From positions 341,186,001 through 341,250,000 of the forward strand of contig NW_027362769.1 in the NCBI RefSeq assembly GCF_046119375.1: a stretch of 64,000 nt of DNA, read 5' to 3'. Both the position numbers and the translations under genes were made by a program. The stretch comes from Phyllobates terribilis. Its lineage: Eukaryota. The notes under the pieces were generated by a model. The model was not told where the DNA came from. It worked only from the letters and a program-made list of their open reading frames with translations, and made no database searches. Every line of letters starts with the position of its first letter. The first letter of the stretch is position 1. Below, piece after piece: positions 13,101-25,792 of the stretch.

Positions 13101-15729
13101 CTATATCTGCTCTGTATATACTCTAGTGCTATATCTGCTCTGTATATACACTAGTGCTATATCTGCTCTGTATATACACTAGGGCTATATCTGGTCTGTA
13201 TATACACTAGGGCTATATCTGCTCTGTATATACACCAGGGGTATATCTGCTCTGTATATACACCAGGGCTATATCTGCTCTGTATATACACTAGGGCTAT
13301 ATCTGCTCTGTATATACACTAGGGCTATATCTGCTCTGTATATACTCTAGGGCTATATCTGCTCTGCATATACTCAAGGGCTATATCTGCTCTGTATATA
13401 CACTAGGGCTATATCTGCTCTGTATATACTCTAGGGCTATATCTGCTCTGTATATACACCAGGGCTATATCTGCTCTGTATATACACTAGGGCTATATCT
13501 GCTCTGTATATACTCTAGGGCTATATCTGCTCTGTATATACACCAGGGCTATATCTGCTCTGTATATACACTAGGTTTATATCCGCTCTGTATATACTCT
13601 AGGGATATATCCGCTCTGTATATACACTAGGGCTATATCTGGTCTGTATATACTCTAGGGCTATATCTGCTCTGTATATACTCTAGGTCTATATCTGCTC
13701 TGTATATACACCAGGGCTATATCTGCTCTGTATATACACTAGGGCTATATCTGCTCTGTATATACACTAGGGCTATATCTGCTCTGTATATACACTAGGG
13801 CTATAGCTGCACTGTATATACTCTAGGGCTATATCCGCTCTGTATATACACTAGGGCTATATCTGGTCTGTATATACACTAGAGCTATATCTGCTCTGTA
13901 TATACACTAGGGCTATATCTGCTCTGTATATACACTAGGGCTATATCTGCTCTGTATATACTCTAGGGCTATATCTGCTCTGTATATACTCTAGGGCTAA
14001 ATCCGCTCTGTATATACACCAGGGCTATATCCGCTCTGTATATACACTAGGGCTATATCCGCTCTGTATATACACTAGGGCTATATGTGCTCTGCTTATA
14101 CACTAGTGCTATATCTGCTCTGTATATACACTAGGGCTATATCTGCTCTGTATATACACCAGGGCTATATCTGCTCTGTATATACACTAGTGCTATATCT
14201 GCTCTGTATATACACCAGGGCTATATCTGCTCTGTATATACTCTAGTGCTATATCTGCTCTGTATATACACTAGTGCTATATCTGCTCTGTATATACACT
14301 AGGGCTATATCTGGTCTGTATATACACTAGGGCTATATCTGCTCTGTATATACACCAGGGCTATATCTGCTCTGTATATACACCAGGGCTATATCTGCTC
14401 TGTATATACACCAGGGCTATATCTGCTCTGTATATACACCAGGGCTATATCTGCTCTGTATATACACTAGTGCTATATCTGCTCTGTATATACACCAGGG
14501 CTATATCTGCTCTGTATATACTCTAGTGCTATATCTGCTCTGTATATACACTAGTGCTATATCTGCTCTGTATATACACTAGGGCTATATCTGGTTTGTA
14601 TATACACTAGGGCTATATCTGCTCTGTATATACACCAGGGCTATATCTGCTCTGTATATACACCAGGGCTATATCTGCTCTGTATATACACTAGGGCTAT
14701 ATCTGCTCTGTATATACACTAGGGCTACATCTGCTCTGTATATACTCTAGGGCTATATCTGCTCTGCATATACTCAAGGGCTATATCTGCTCTGTATATA
14801 CACTAGGGCTATATCTGCTCTGTATATACTCTAGGGCTATATCTGCTCAGTATATACACCAGGGATATATCTGCTCTGTATATACACTAGGGCTATATCT
14901 GCTCTGTATATACACTAGGGCTATATCTGCTCTGTATATACTCTAGGGCTATATCTGCTCTGTATATACTCTAGGGCTATATCTGCTCTGTATATAGCCT
15001 AGGGCTAGATCTGCTCTGCATATACACTAGGGCTATATCTGCTCTGTATATACTCTAGGGCTATATCTGCTCTGTATATTCTCTAGGGCTATATCTGCTC
15101 TGTATATACACCAGGGCTATATCTGCTCTGTATATACACTAGGGCTATATCTGCTCTGTATATACTCTAGGGCTATATCTGCTCTGTATATACACCAGGG
15201 CTATATCTGCTCTGTATATACACTAGGTCTATATCTGCTCTGTATATACTCTAGGGCTATATCCGCTCTGTATATACACTAGGGATATATCTGGCCTGTA
15301 TATACACTAGAGCTATATCTACTCTGTATATACACTAGGGCTATATCTGCTCTGTATATACACTAGGGCTATATCTGCTCTGTATATACTCTAGGGCTAT
15401 ATTTGCTCTGTATATACTCTAGGGCTAAATCCGCTCTGTATATACACCAGGGCTATATCCGCTCTGTATATACACTAGGGGTATATCCGCTCTGTATATA
15501 CACTAGGGCTATATCCGCTCTGTATATACACTAGGGCTATATCTGCTCTGTATATACACTAGGGCTATATCTGCTCTGTATATACACTAGTGCTATATCT
15601 GCTCTGTATATACACCAGGTCTATATCTGCTCTGTATATACACCAGGGCTATATCTGCTCTGTATATACACTAGTGCTATATCTGCTCTGTATATACACC
15701 AGGGCTATATCTGCTCTGTATATACTCTA

Positions 15730-17300
15730 CAGTCATGGCCAAAAGTTTTGAGAATGACACCAAAATTATATTTTCACATGATCTGCTGGCCTCTGGTTTT
15801 TATTAGTGTTTGTCTGATGTTTAAATCACATACAGAAATATAATTGCAATCATATTATGAGTACCAATAGGTTATATTGACAGTTAGAATGAGTTAATGC
15901 AGCAAGTCAATATTTGCAGTGTTGCCCCTTCTTCTTCAAGACCTCTGTAATTCTCCCTGGCATGCTCTCAATCAAGTTTTGGACCAAATCCTGACTGATA
16001 GCAGTCTATTCTTGCATAATCAATGCTTGCATTTTGCCAGAATTTGTTGGTTTTTGTTTGTCCACCCGTCTCTTGATGATTGACCACAAGTTCTCAATGG
16101 GATTAAGATCTGGGGAGTTTCCAGGCCATGGACCCAAAATCTCTATGTTTTGTTCCATGAGCCATTTATTTACCACCTTTGCTTTATGGCAAGGTGCTCC
16201 ATCATGCTGGAAAAGGCATTTTTGGGTGCCAAACTGCTCTTGGACTGTTGGGAGAAGTTGCTCTTGGAGGACATTCTGGTACCATTCTTTATTCATGGCT
16301 GTGTTTTTAGGCAAGACTGTGAGTGAGCCGATTCCCTTGGCTGAGAAGCAACCCCACACATGAATGGTTTCAGGATGCTTTACAGTTGGCATGAGACAAG
16401 ACTGGTGGTAGCGCTCACCTCTTCTTCTCCGAATAAGCTGTTTTCCAGATGTCCCAAACAATCGAAAAGGGGATTCATCAGAGAAAATGACTTTGCCCCA
16501 GTCCTCAGCAGTCCACTCCCTGTACCTTTTGCAGAATATCAGTCAGTCCCTGATGTTTTTTCTGGAGAGAAGTGGCTTCTTTGCTGCCCTCCTTGAAACC
16601 AGCCCTTGCTCAAAGAGTCTCCCGCCTCACAGTGCGTGCAGAAGCACTCACACCAGCCTGCTGCCATTCCTGAGCAAGCTCGGCACTGCTGGTAGTCCGA
16701 TCCCGCAGCTGAAACAGTTTTAAGATACGGTCCTGGCGCTTGCTGGTCTTTCTTGGGCGCCCTGGAGCCTTTTTGACAACAATGGAAGCTCTCTCCTTGA
16801 AGTTCTCGATGATGCGATAGATTGCTGACTGAGGTGCAATCTTTGTAGCTGCGATACTCTTCCCTGTTAGGCCATTTTTGTGCAGTGCAATGATGGCTGC
16901 ACGTGTTTCTTTAGAGATAACCATGGTTAACTGAAGAGAAACAATGATACCAAGAACCAGCCTACTTTTAAAGTGTCCAGTGATGTCATTCTTACTTAAT
17001 CATGACTGATTGATCGCCAGCCCTGTCCTCATCAACACCCACACCTGTGTTAATGGATCAATCACTAAAGCGATGTTAGCTGCTCCTTTTAAGGCAGGAC
17101 TGCAATGATGTTGAAATGTGTTTTGGGGGTTAAAGTTCATTTTCTGGGCAAATATTGACTTTGCAAGTACAGTAATTGCTGTTAAGCTGATCACTCTTTG
17201 ACGTTCAAGAGTATATGCAAATTGCCATTACAAAAAATGAAGCAGTAAACTTTGGAAAAATTACTATTTGTCTCATTCTCAATACTTTTGGCCATGACTG
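15730..17300 (-). mobile_element. Full-length Tc1-like DNA transposon, DD35E (Traveler-type), defective, copy A
   Basis: TA duplication (15728-15729, 17301-17302). Short TIRs CAGTCATGGCCAAAAGT(T/A)TTGAGAATGA. Transposase from ATG 16924 has a frameshift and stops. Motifs SDES, QHDGAP, NPIE with 35-residue D-E spacing. Confidence 0.95.
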
Positions 17301-19230
17301 TAGTGCTATATCTGCTCTGTATATACACTAGTGCTATATCTGCTCTGTATATACACTAGGGCTATATCTGGTCTGTATATACACTAGGGCTATATCTACT
17401 CTGTATATACACTAGGGCTACATCTGCTCTGTATATACACCAGGGCTATATCTGCTCTGTATATACACTAGGGCTATATCTGCTCTGTATATACACTAGG
17501 GCTATATCTGCTCTGTATATACTCTAGGGCTATATCTGCTCTGCATATACTCAAGGGCTATATCTGCTCTGTATATACACTAGGGCTATATCTGCTCTGT
17601 ATATACTCTAGGGCTATATCTGCTCTGCATATACTCAAGGGCTATATCAGCTCTGTATATACACTAGGGCTATATCTGCTCTGTATATACTCTAGGGCTA
17701 TATCTGCTCAGTATATACACCAGGGCTATATCTGCTCTGTATATACACTAGGGCTATATCTGCTCTGTATATACTCTAGGGCTATATCTGCTCTGTATAT
17801 ACTCTAGGGCTAGATCTGCTCTGCATATACACTAGGGCTATATCTGCTCTGTATATACTCTAGGGCTATATCTGCTCTGTATATACTCTAGGGCTATATC
17901 TGATCTGTATATACACCAGGGCTATATCTGCTCTGTATATACACTAGGGCTATATCTGCTCTGTATATACTCTAGGGCTATATCTGCTCTGTATATACAC
18001 CAGGGCTATATCTGCTCTGTATATACACCAGGGCTATATCTGATCTGTATATACACCAGGGCTTTCTCTGCTCTGTATATACACTAGTGCTATTATCCGC
18101 TCTGTATATACACTAGGGCTATATCCGCTCTGTATATACTCTAGGGCTATATCCGCTCTGTATATACACTAGGGCTATATCCGCTCTTTATATACACTAG
18201 GGCTATATTCGCTCTGTATATACACTACGGCTATATCCGCTCTGTAAATACACTAGGGCTATATCCGCTCTGTATATACACTAGGGCTATATCTGCTCTG
18301 TATATACACTAGGGCTATATCTGCTCTGTATATACACTAGGGCTATATCTGCTCTGTATATACACTAGGGCTATATCTGCTCTGTATATACACCAGGGCT
18401 ATATCTGCTCTGTATATACACTAGTGCTATATCTGCTAAGTATATACTCTAGGGCTATATCTGCTCTGTACATACACTAGGGCTATATCTGCTCTGTACA
18501 TACACTAGGGCTATATCTGCTCTGTATATACACTAGGGCTATATCTGCTCTGTATATACACTAGGGCTATATCTGCTCTGTATATACTCTAGGGCTATAT
18601 CTGCTCTGTATATACACTAGTGCTATATCTGCTCTGTATATACACTAGGGCTATATCTGCTCTGTATATACACTACGGCTATATCCGCTCTGTAAATACA
18701 CTAGGGCTATATCCGCTCTGTATATACACTAGGGCTATATCTGCTCTGTATATACACTAGGGCTATATCTGCTCTGTATATACACTAGGGCTATATCTGC
18801 TCTGTATATACACTAGGGCTATATCTGCTCTGTATATACACCAGGGCTATATCTGCTCTGTATATACACTAGTGCTATATCTGCTAAGTATATACTCTAG
18901 GGCTATATCTGCTCTGTACATACACTAGGGCTATATCTGCTCTGTACATACACTAGGGCTATATCTGCTCTGTATATACACTAGGGCTATATCTGCTCTG
19001 TATATACACTAGGGCTATATCTTCTCTGTATATACTCTAGGGCTATATCTGCTCTGTATATACACTAGTGCTATATCTGCTCTGTATATACACTAGGGCT
19101 ATATCTGCTCTGTATATACTCTAGTGCTATATCTGCTCTGTATATACACTAGTGCTATATCTGCTCTGTATATACACTAGGGCTATATCTGCTCTGCATA
19201 TACTCTAGTGCTATATCTGCTCTGTATATA

Positions 19231-20795
19231 CAGTCATGGCCAAAAGTATTGAGAATGAGACAAATAGTAATTTTTCCAAAGTTTACTGCTTCATTTTTTG
19301 TAATGGCAATTTACTCCTGAATGTCAAAGAGTGATCAGCTTAACAGCAATTACTGTACTTGCAAAGTCCATATTTGCCCAGAAAATGAACTTTAACCCCC
19401 AAAACACATTTCAACATCATTGCAGTCCTGCCTTAAAAGGAGCAGCTAACATCGTTTTAGTGATTGATCCATTAACACAGGTGTGGGTGTTGATGAGGAC
19501 AGGGCTGGCAATCAATCAGTCATGATTAAGTAAGAATGACATCACTGGACACTTTAAAAGGAGGCTGGTTCTTGGTATCATTGTTTCTCTTCAGTTAACC
19601 ATGGTTATCTCTAAAGAAACACATGCAGCCATCATTGCACTGCACAAAAATGGCCTAACAGGGAAGAGTATCGCAGCTACAAAGATTGCACCTCAGTCAA
19701 CAATCTGTCGCATCATCAAGAACTTCAAGGAGAGAGCTTCCATTGTTGTCAAAAAGGCTCCAGGGCGCCCAAGAAAGACCAGCAAGCGCCAGGACCGTAT
19801 CTTAAAACTGTTTCAGCTGCGGGATCGGACTACCAGCAGTGCCGAGCTTGCTCAGGAATGGCAGCAGGCTGGTGTGAGTGCTTCTGCACGCACTGTGAGG
19901 CGGGAGACTCTTTGAGCAAGGGCTGGTTTCAAGGAGGGCAGCAAAGAAGCCACTTCTCTCCAGAAAAAACATCAGGGACTGACTGATATTCTGCAAAAGG
20001 TACAGGGAGTGGACTGCTGAGGACTGGGGCAAAGTCATTTTCTCTGATGAATCCCCTTTTCGATTATTTGGGTCACCTGGAAAACAGCTTATTCGGAGAA
20101 GAAGAGCTGAGCGCTACCACCAGTCTTGTCTCATGCCAACTGTAAAGCATCCTGAAACCATTCATGTGTGGGGTTGCTTCTCAGCCAAGGGAATCGGCTC
20201 ACTCACAGTCTTGCCTAAAAACACAGCCATGAAAAAAGAATGGTACCAGAATGTCCTCCAAGAGCAACTTCTCCCAACCGTGCAAGAGCAGTTTGGCGCC
20301 CAACAATGCCTTTTCCAGCATGATGGAGCACCTTGCCATAAAGCAAAGGTGATAACTAAATGGCTCATGGAACAAAACATAGAGATTTTGGGTCCATGGC
20401 CTGGAAACTCCCCAGATCTTAATCCCATTGAGAACTTGTGGTCAATCATCAAGAGACGGGTGGACAAACAAAAACCAACAAATTCTGGCAAAATGCAAGC
20501 ATTGATTATGCAAGAATGGACTGCTATCAGTCAGGATTTGGTCCAAAAGTTGATTGAGAGCATGCCAGGGAGAATTACAGAGGTCTTGAAGAAGAAGGGG
20601 CAACACTGCAAATATTGACTTGCTGCATTAACTCATTCTAACTGTCAATATAACCTATTGGTACTCATAATATGATTGCAATTATATTTCTGTATGTGAT
20701 ATAAACATCAGACAAACACTAATAAAAACCAGAGGCCAGCAGATCATGTGAAAATATAATTTTGGTGTCATTCTCAAAACTTTTGGCCATGACTG
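19231..20795 (+). mobile_element. Full-length Tc1-like DNA transposon, DD35E (Traveler-type), defective, copy B
   Basis: TA duplication (19229-19230, 20796-20797). Same TIRs as copy A. Transposase 19601-20618 has a +1 frameshift near 19900 and an in-frame TGA near 19980. It carries a 6-bp deletion relative to copy A. Confidence 0.95.
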
Positions 20796-23700
20796 TATAC
20801 CAGTGCTATATCTGCTCTGTATATATACCAGGGCTATATCTGCTCTGTATATACTCTAGGGCTATATCTGCTCTGTATATACTCTAGGGCTATATCTGCT
20901 CTGTATATACACTAGGGCTATATCTGCTAAGTATATACTCTAGGGCTATATCTGCTCTGTACATACACTAGGGCTATATCTGCTCTGTACATACACTAGG
21001 GCTATATCTGCTCTGTATATACACTAGGGCTATATCTGCTCTGTATATAAACTAGGGCTATATCTGCTCGGTATATACTCTAGGGCTATATCTGCTCTGT
21101 ATATACACTAGGGCTATATCTGATCTGCATATACACTAGGGCTATATCTGAACTGTATATACTCTAGGGCTATATCTGCTCTGTATATACACCAGGGCTA
21201 TATCCGCTCTGTATATACACCAGGGCTATATCCGCTCTGTATATACACTAGTGCTATATCCGCTCTGTATATACACTAGGGCTATATCCGCTCTGTATAT
21301 ACACCAGGGCTATATCCGCTCTGTATATACTCTAGGGCTATATCCGCTCTGTATATACTCTAGGGCTATATCCGCTCTGTATATACACTAGGGCTATATC
21401 TGGTCTGTATATACACTAGAGCTATATCTACTCTGTATATACACTAGGGCTATATCCGCTCTGTATATACACTAGGGCTATATCCGCTCTGTATATACTC
21501 TAGGGCTATATCCGCTCTGTATATACTCTAGGGCTATATCCGCTCTGTATATACTCTAGGGCTAAATCCGCTCTGTATATACACCAGGGCTATATCCGCT
21601 CTGTATATACAATAGGGCTATATCCGCTCTGTATATACACTAGGGCTATATCCGCTCTGTATATACACTAGGGCTATATCCGCTCTGTATATACACTAGG
21701 GCTATATCTGCTCTGTATATACACTAGGGCTATATCTGCTCTGTATATACACTAGGGCTATATCTGCTCTGTATATACACCAGGGCTATATCTGCTCTGT
21801 ATATACACCAGGGCTATATCTGCTCTGTATATACACTAGTGCTATATCTGCTCTGTATATACACCAGGGCTATATCTGCTCTGTATATACTCTAGGGCTA
21901 TATCTGCTCTGTATATAAACTAGTGCTATATCTGGTCTGTATATACACTAGTGCTATATCTACTCTGTATATACACCAGGGCTATATCTGCTCTGTATAT
22001 ACACCAGGGCTATATCTGCTCTGTATATACACTAGGGCTATATCTGCTCTGTATATACACTAGGGCTATATCTGCTCTGTATATACACTAGGGCTATATC
22101 AGCTCTGTATATACTCTAGGGCTATATCTGCTCTGCATATACTCAAGGGCTATATCTGCTCTTTATATACTCTAGGGCTATATCTGCTCTGTATATACAC
22201 CAGGGCTATATCTGCTCTGTATATACACCAGTGCTATATCTGCTCTGTATATACACTAGGGCTATATCTGCTCTGTATATACTCTAGGGCTATATCTGCT
22301 CTGTATATACACTAGTGCTATATCTGCTCTGTATATACACTAGGGCTATATCTGCTCTGTATATACTCTAGTGCTATATCTGCTCTGTATATACACTAGT
22401 GCTATATCTGCTCTGTATATACACCAGGGCTATATCTGCTCTGAATATACTCTAGGGCTATATCTGCTCTGTATATACTCTAGGGCTATATCTGCTCTGT
22501 ATATACACTAGGGCTATATCTGCTAAGTATATACTCTAGGGCTATATCTGCTCTGTATATACACTAGTGCTATATCTGCTCTGTATATACTCTAGGGCTA
22601 TATCTGCTCCGTACATACCCTAGGGCTATATCTGCTCTGCATATAAACTAGGGCTATATCTGCTCTGTATATAAACTAGGGCTATATCTGCTCGGTATAT
22701 ACTCTAGGGCTATATCTGCTCTGTATATACACTAGTGCTACATCTGCTCTGTATATACTCTAGGGCTATATCTGAACTGTATATACTCTAGGGCTATATC
22801 TGCTCTGTATATACACTAGGGCTATATCTCCTCTGTATATACTCTAGGGCTATATCTGCTCTGTATATACTCCAGGGCTATATCCGCTCTGAATATACAC
22901 CAGGGCTATATCCGCTCTGTATATACACTAGGGCTATATCCGCTCTGTATATACACTAGGGCTATATCCGCTATGTATATACACTAGGGCTATATCCGCT
23001 CTGTATATACTCTAGGGCTATATCCGGTCTGTATATACTCTAGGGCTATATCCGGTCTGTATATACACTAGAGCTATATCCACTCTGTATATACACTAGG
23101 GCTATATCCGCTCTGTATATACACTAGGGCTATATCCGCTCTGTATATACTCTAGGGCTATATCTGCTCTGTATATACACTAGGGCTATATCTGCTCTGT
23201 ATATACTCTAGGGCTATATCTGCTCTGTATATATACTAGGTCTATATCCGCTCTGTATATACTCTAGGGCTATATCCGCTCTGTATATACACTAGGGCTA
23301 TATCTGGTCTGTATATACACTAGAGCTATATCTACTCTGTATGTACACTAGGGCTATATCTGCTCTGTATATACACTAGGGCTATAGCTGCTCTGTATAT
23401 ACTCTAGGGCTATATCCGCTCTGTATATACACTAGGGCTACATCTGGTCTGTATATACACTAGAGCTATATCTACTCTGTATATACACTAGGGCTATATC
23501 TGCTCTGTATATACACTAGGGCTATATCTGCTCTGTATATACACTAGGGCTATATCTACTCTGTATATACACTAGGGCTATATCTGCTCTGTATATACAC
23601 TAGGTCTATATCCGCTCTGTATATACTCTAGGGCTATATCCGCTCTGTATATACACTAGGGCTATATCTGGTCTGTATATACACTAGAGCTATATCTACT

Positions 23701-25684
23701 CTGTATATACACTAGGGCTATATCTGCTCTGTATATACACTAGGGCTATAGCTGCTCTGTATATACTCTAGGGCTATATCCGCTCTGTATATACACTAGG
23801 GCTATATCTGGTCTGTATATACACTAGAGCTATATCTACTCTGTATATACACTAGGGCTATATCTGCTCTGTATATACACTAGAGCTATAGCTACTCTGT
23901 ATATACACTAGGGCTATATCTGCTCTGTATATACTCTAGGGCTAGATCTGCTCTGTATATACACTAGGGCTATAGCTGCTCTGTATATACTCTAGGGCTA
24001 TATCTGCTTTGTATATACTCTAGTGCTATATCTACCCTGTATATACACTAGAGCTATATCTACTCTGTATATACACTAGGGCTATAGCTGCTCTGTATAT
24101 ACACTAGGGCTATAGCTGCTCTGTATATACTCTAGGGCTAGATCTGCTCTGTATATACACTAGGGCTATAGCTGCTCTGTATATACACTAGGGCTATATC
24201 TACCCTGTATATACACTAGAGCTATATCTACTCTGTATATACACTAGGGCTATAGCTGCTCTGTATATACACTAGGGCTATAGCTGCTCTGTATATACAC
24301 TAGGGCTATAGCTGCTCTGTATATACTCTAGGGCTAGATCTGCTCTGTATATACACTAGGGCTATATCTGCTCTGTATATACACTAGAGCTATATCTACT
24401 CTGTATATACACTAGGGCTATATCTGCTCTGTATATACTCTAGGGCTAGATCTGCTCTGTATATACACTAGGGCTATAGCTGCTCTGTATATACTCTAGG
24501 GCTATATCTGCTTTGTATATACTCTAGTGCTATATCTACCCTGTATATACACTAGAGCTATATCTACTCTGTATATACACTAGGGCTATAGCTGCTCTGT
24601 ATATACACTAGGGCTATAGCTGCTCTGTATATACTCTAGGGCTAGATCTGCTCTGTATATACACTAGGGCTATAGCTGCTCTGTATATACACTAGGGCTA
24701 TATCTGCTCTGTATATACACTAGGGCTATATCTACCCTGTATATACACTAGAGCTATATCTACTCTGTATATACACTAGGGCTATAGCTGCTCTGTATAT
24801 ACACTAGGGCTATAGCTGCTCTGTATATACACTAGGGCTATATCTGCTCTGTATATACACTAGGGCTATAGCTGCTCTGTATATACTCTAGGGCTAGATC
24901 TGCTCTGTATATACACTAGGGCTATAGCTGCTCTGTATATACTCTAGGGCTATATCTGCTCTGTATATACACTAGGGCTATATCTGCTCTGTATATACTC
25001 TAGGGCTATATCTGCTCTGTATATACACCAGGGCTATATCTGCTCTGTATATACACTAGGGCTATAGCTGCTCTGTATATACTCTAGGGCTATATCTGCT
25101 CTGTATATACACTAGGGCTATATCTGCTCTGTATATACTCTAGGGCTATATCTGCTCTGTATATACTCTAGGGCTATATCTGCTCTGTATATACATTTCT
25201 TCCAGCTGTGATGGCTCATTAGCAGGATGTCAGTGCACACACATATATATACAGTATACACAGCAGTGAGCACACTGCCCATCCACCCGCTCCGCTCAGG
25301 CCGTGCTCCCCCAGGTCTGCAGGACATCCTGCTGCATTATGTCACGGCTATCACGACGCACGATATGGCTGCTGATCGCGACATGGGCCGCTCGGCTCCG
25401 CTGCATCTGCCCGTAGGCCCCAGTGCTGTGTGATGGGGATGATGCGGAGCGGCAGAGTGTGATGAGCGGGGGGAGCGGGTTGTTTACCGCACGGCGGCCG
25501 CACTGCTGACCCGCGATGTTGTGCGCCCGCCGCCGAGTGCGGGGATGGAGGAGGACCGGCTCCTTACCGTCAGGCATCCGGGGAAGACGGAAGGAAGAGG
25601 ATGCTGCAGCGCCGGGGAGGGAGGGGTGCAGCGGCAGTCTGGCGGGGGGTCCGGGGATCGGGGAGGACGGGGTACAAGGCTTAC

Positions 25685-25740
25685 CGGAGTGGAGATGGAG
25701 AGGTGTCGGGGCCCGGGCTCCAGCGCTGACACTGCCGCCT
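25685..25740 (-). other. PRKAR1B: Candidate non-coding first exon of PRKAR1B (5' end approximate)
   Basis: Strong minus-strand donor CCG|GTAAGC at 25685/25684. A second donor ACG|GTAAGG lies at 25568/25567. The acceptor at 690/689 needs an upstream exon. Confidence 0.55.
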
Positions 25741-25741
25741 C

Positions 25742-25749
25742 TGACGTCA
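25742..25749. promoter_or_regulatory. Palindromic cAMP response element (CRE)
   Basis: Perfect TGACGTCA at the upstream edge of the candidate first exon. Confidence 0.6.
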
Positions 25750-25792
25750 CGCAACCTCGTTTTCACTCATCTGTTTTATTGCTGATGGCTGT

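Larger units (their letters stand above)
4621..25195. repeat. 28-bp satellite array, consensus GGGCTATATCTGCTCTGTATATACACTA, about 565 units, interrupted by three Tc1-like elements
   Basis: Direct 28-bp periodicity throughout. About 15.8 kb of array remains after subtracting the three insertions. Confidence 0.98.
25280..25760 (-). promoter_or_regulatory. PRKAR1B: CpG island, probable PRKAR1B promoter
   Basis: Only strongly GC/CpG-rich unique stretch between the PRKAR1B coding exon and DNAAF5 exon 1. It contains minus-strand splice donors and a CRE. Confidence 0.65.
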
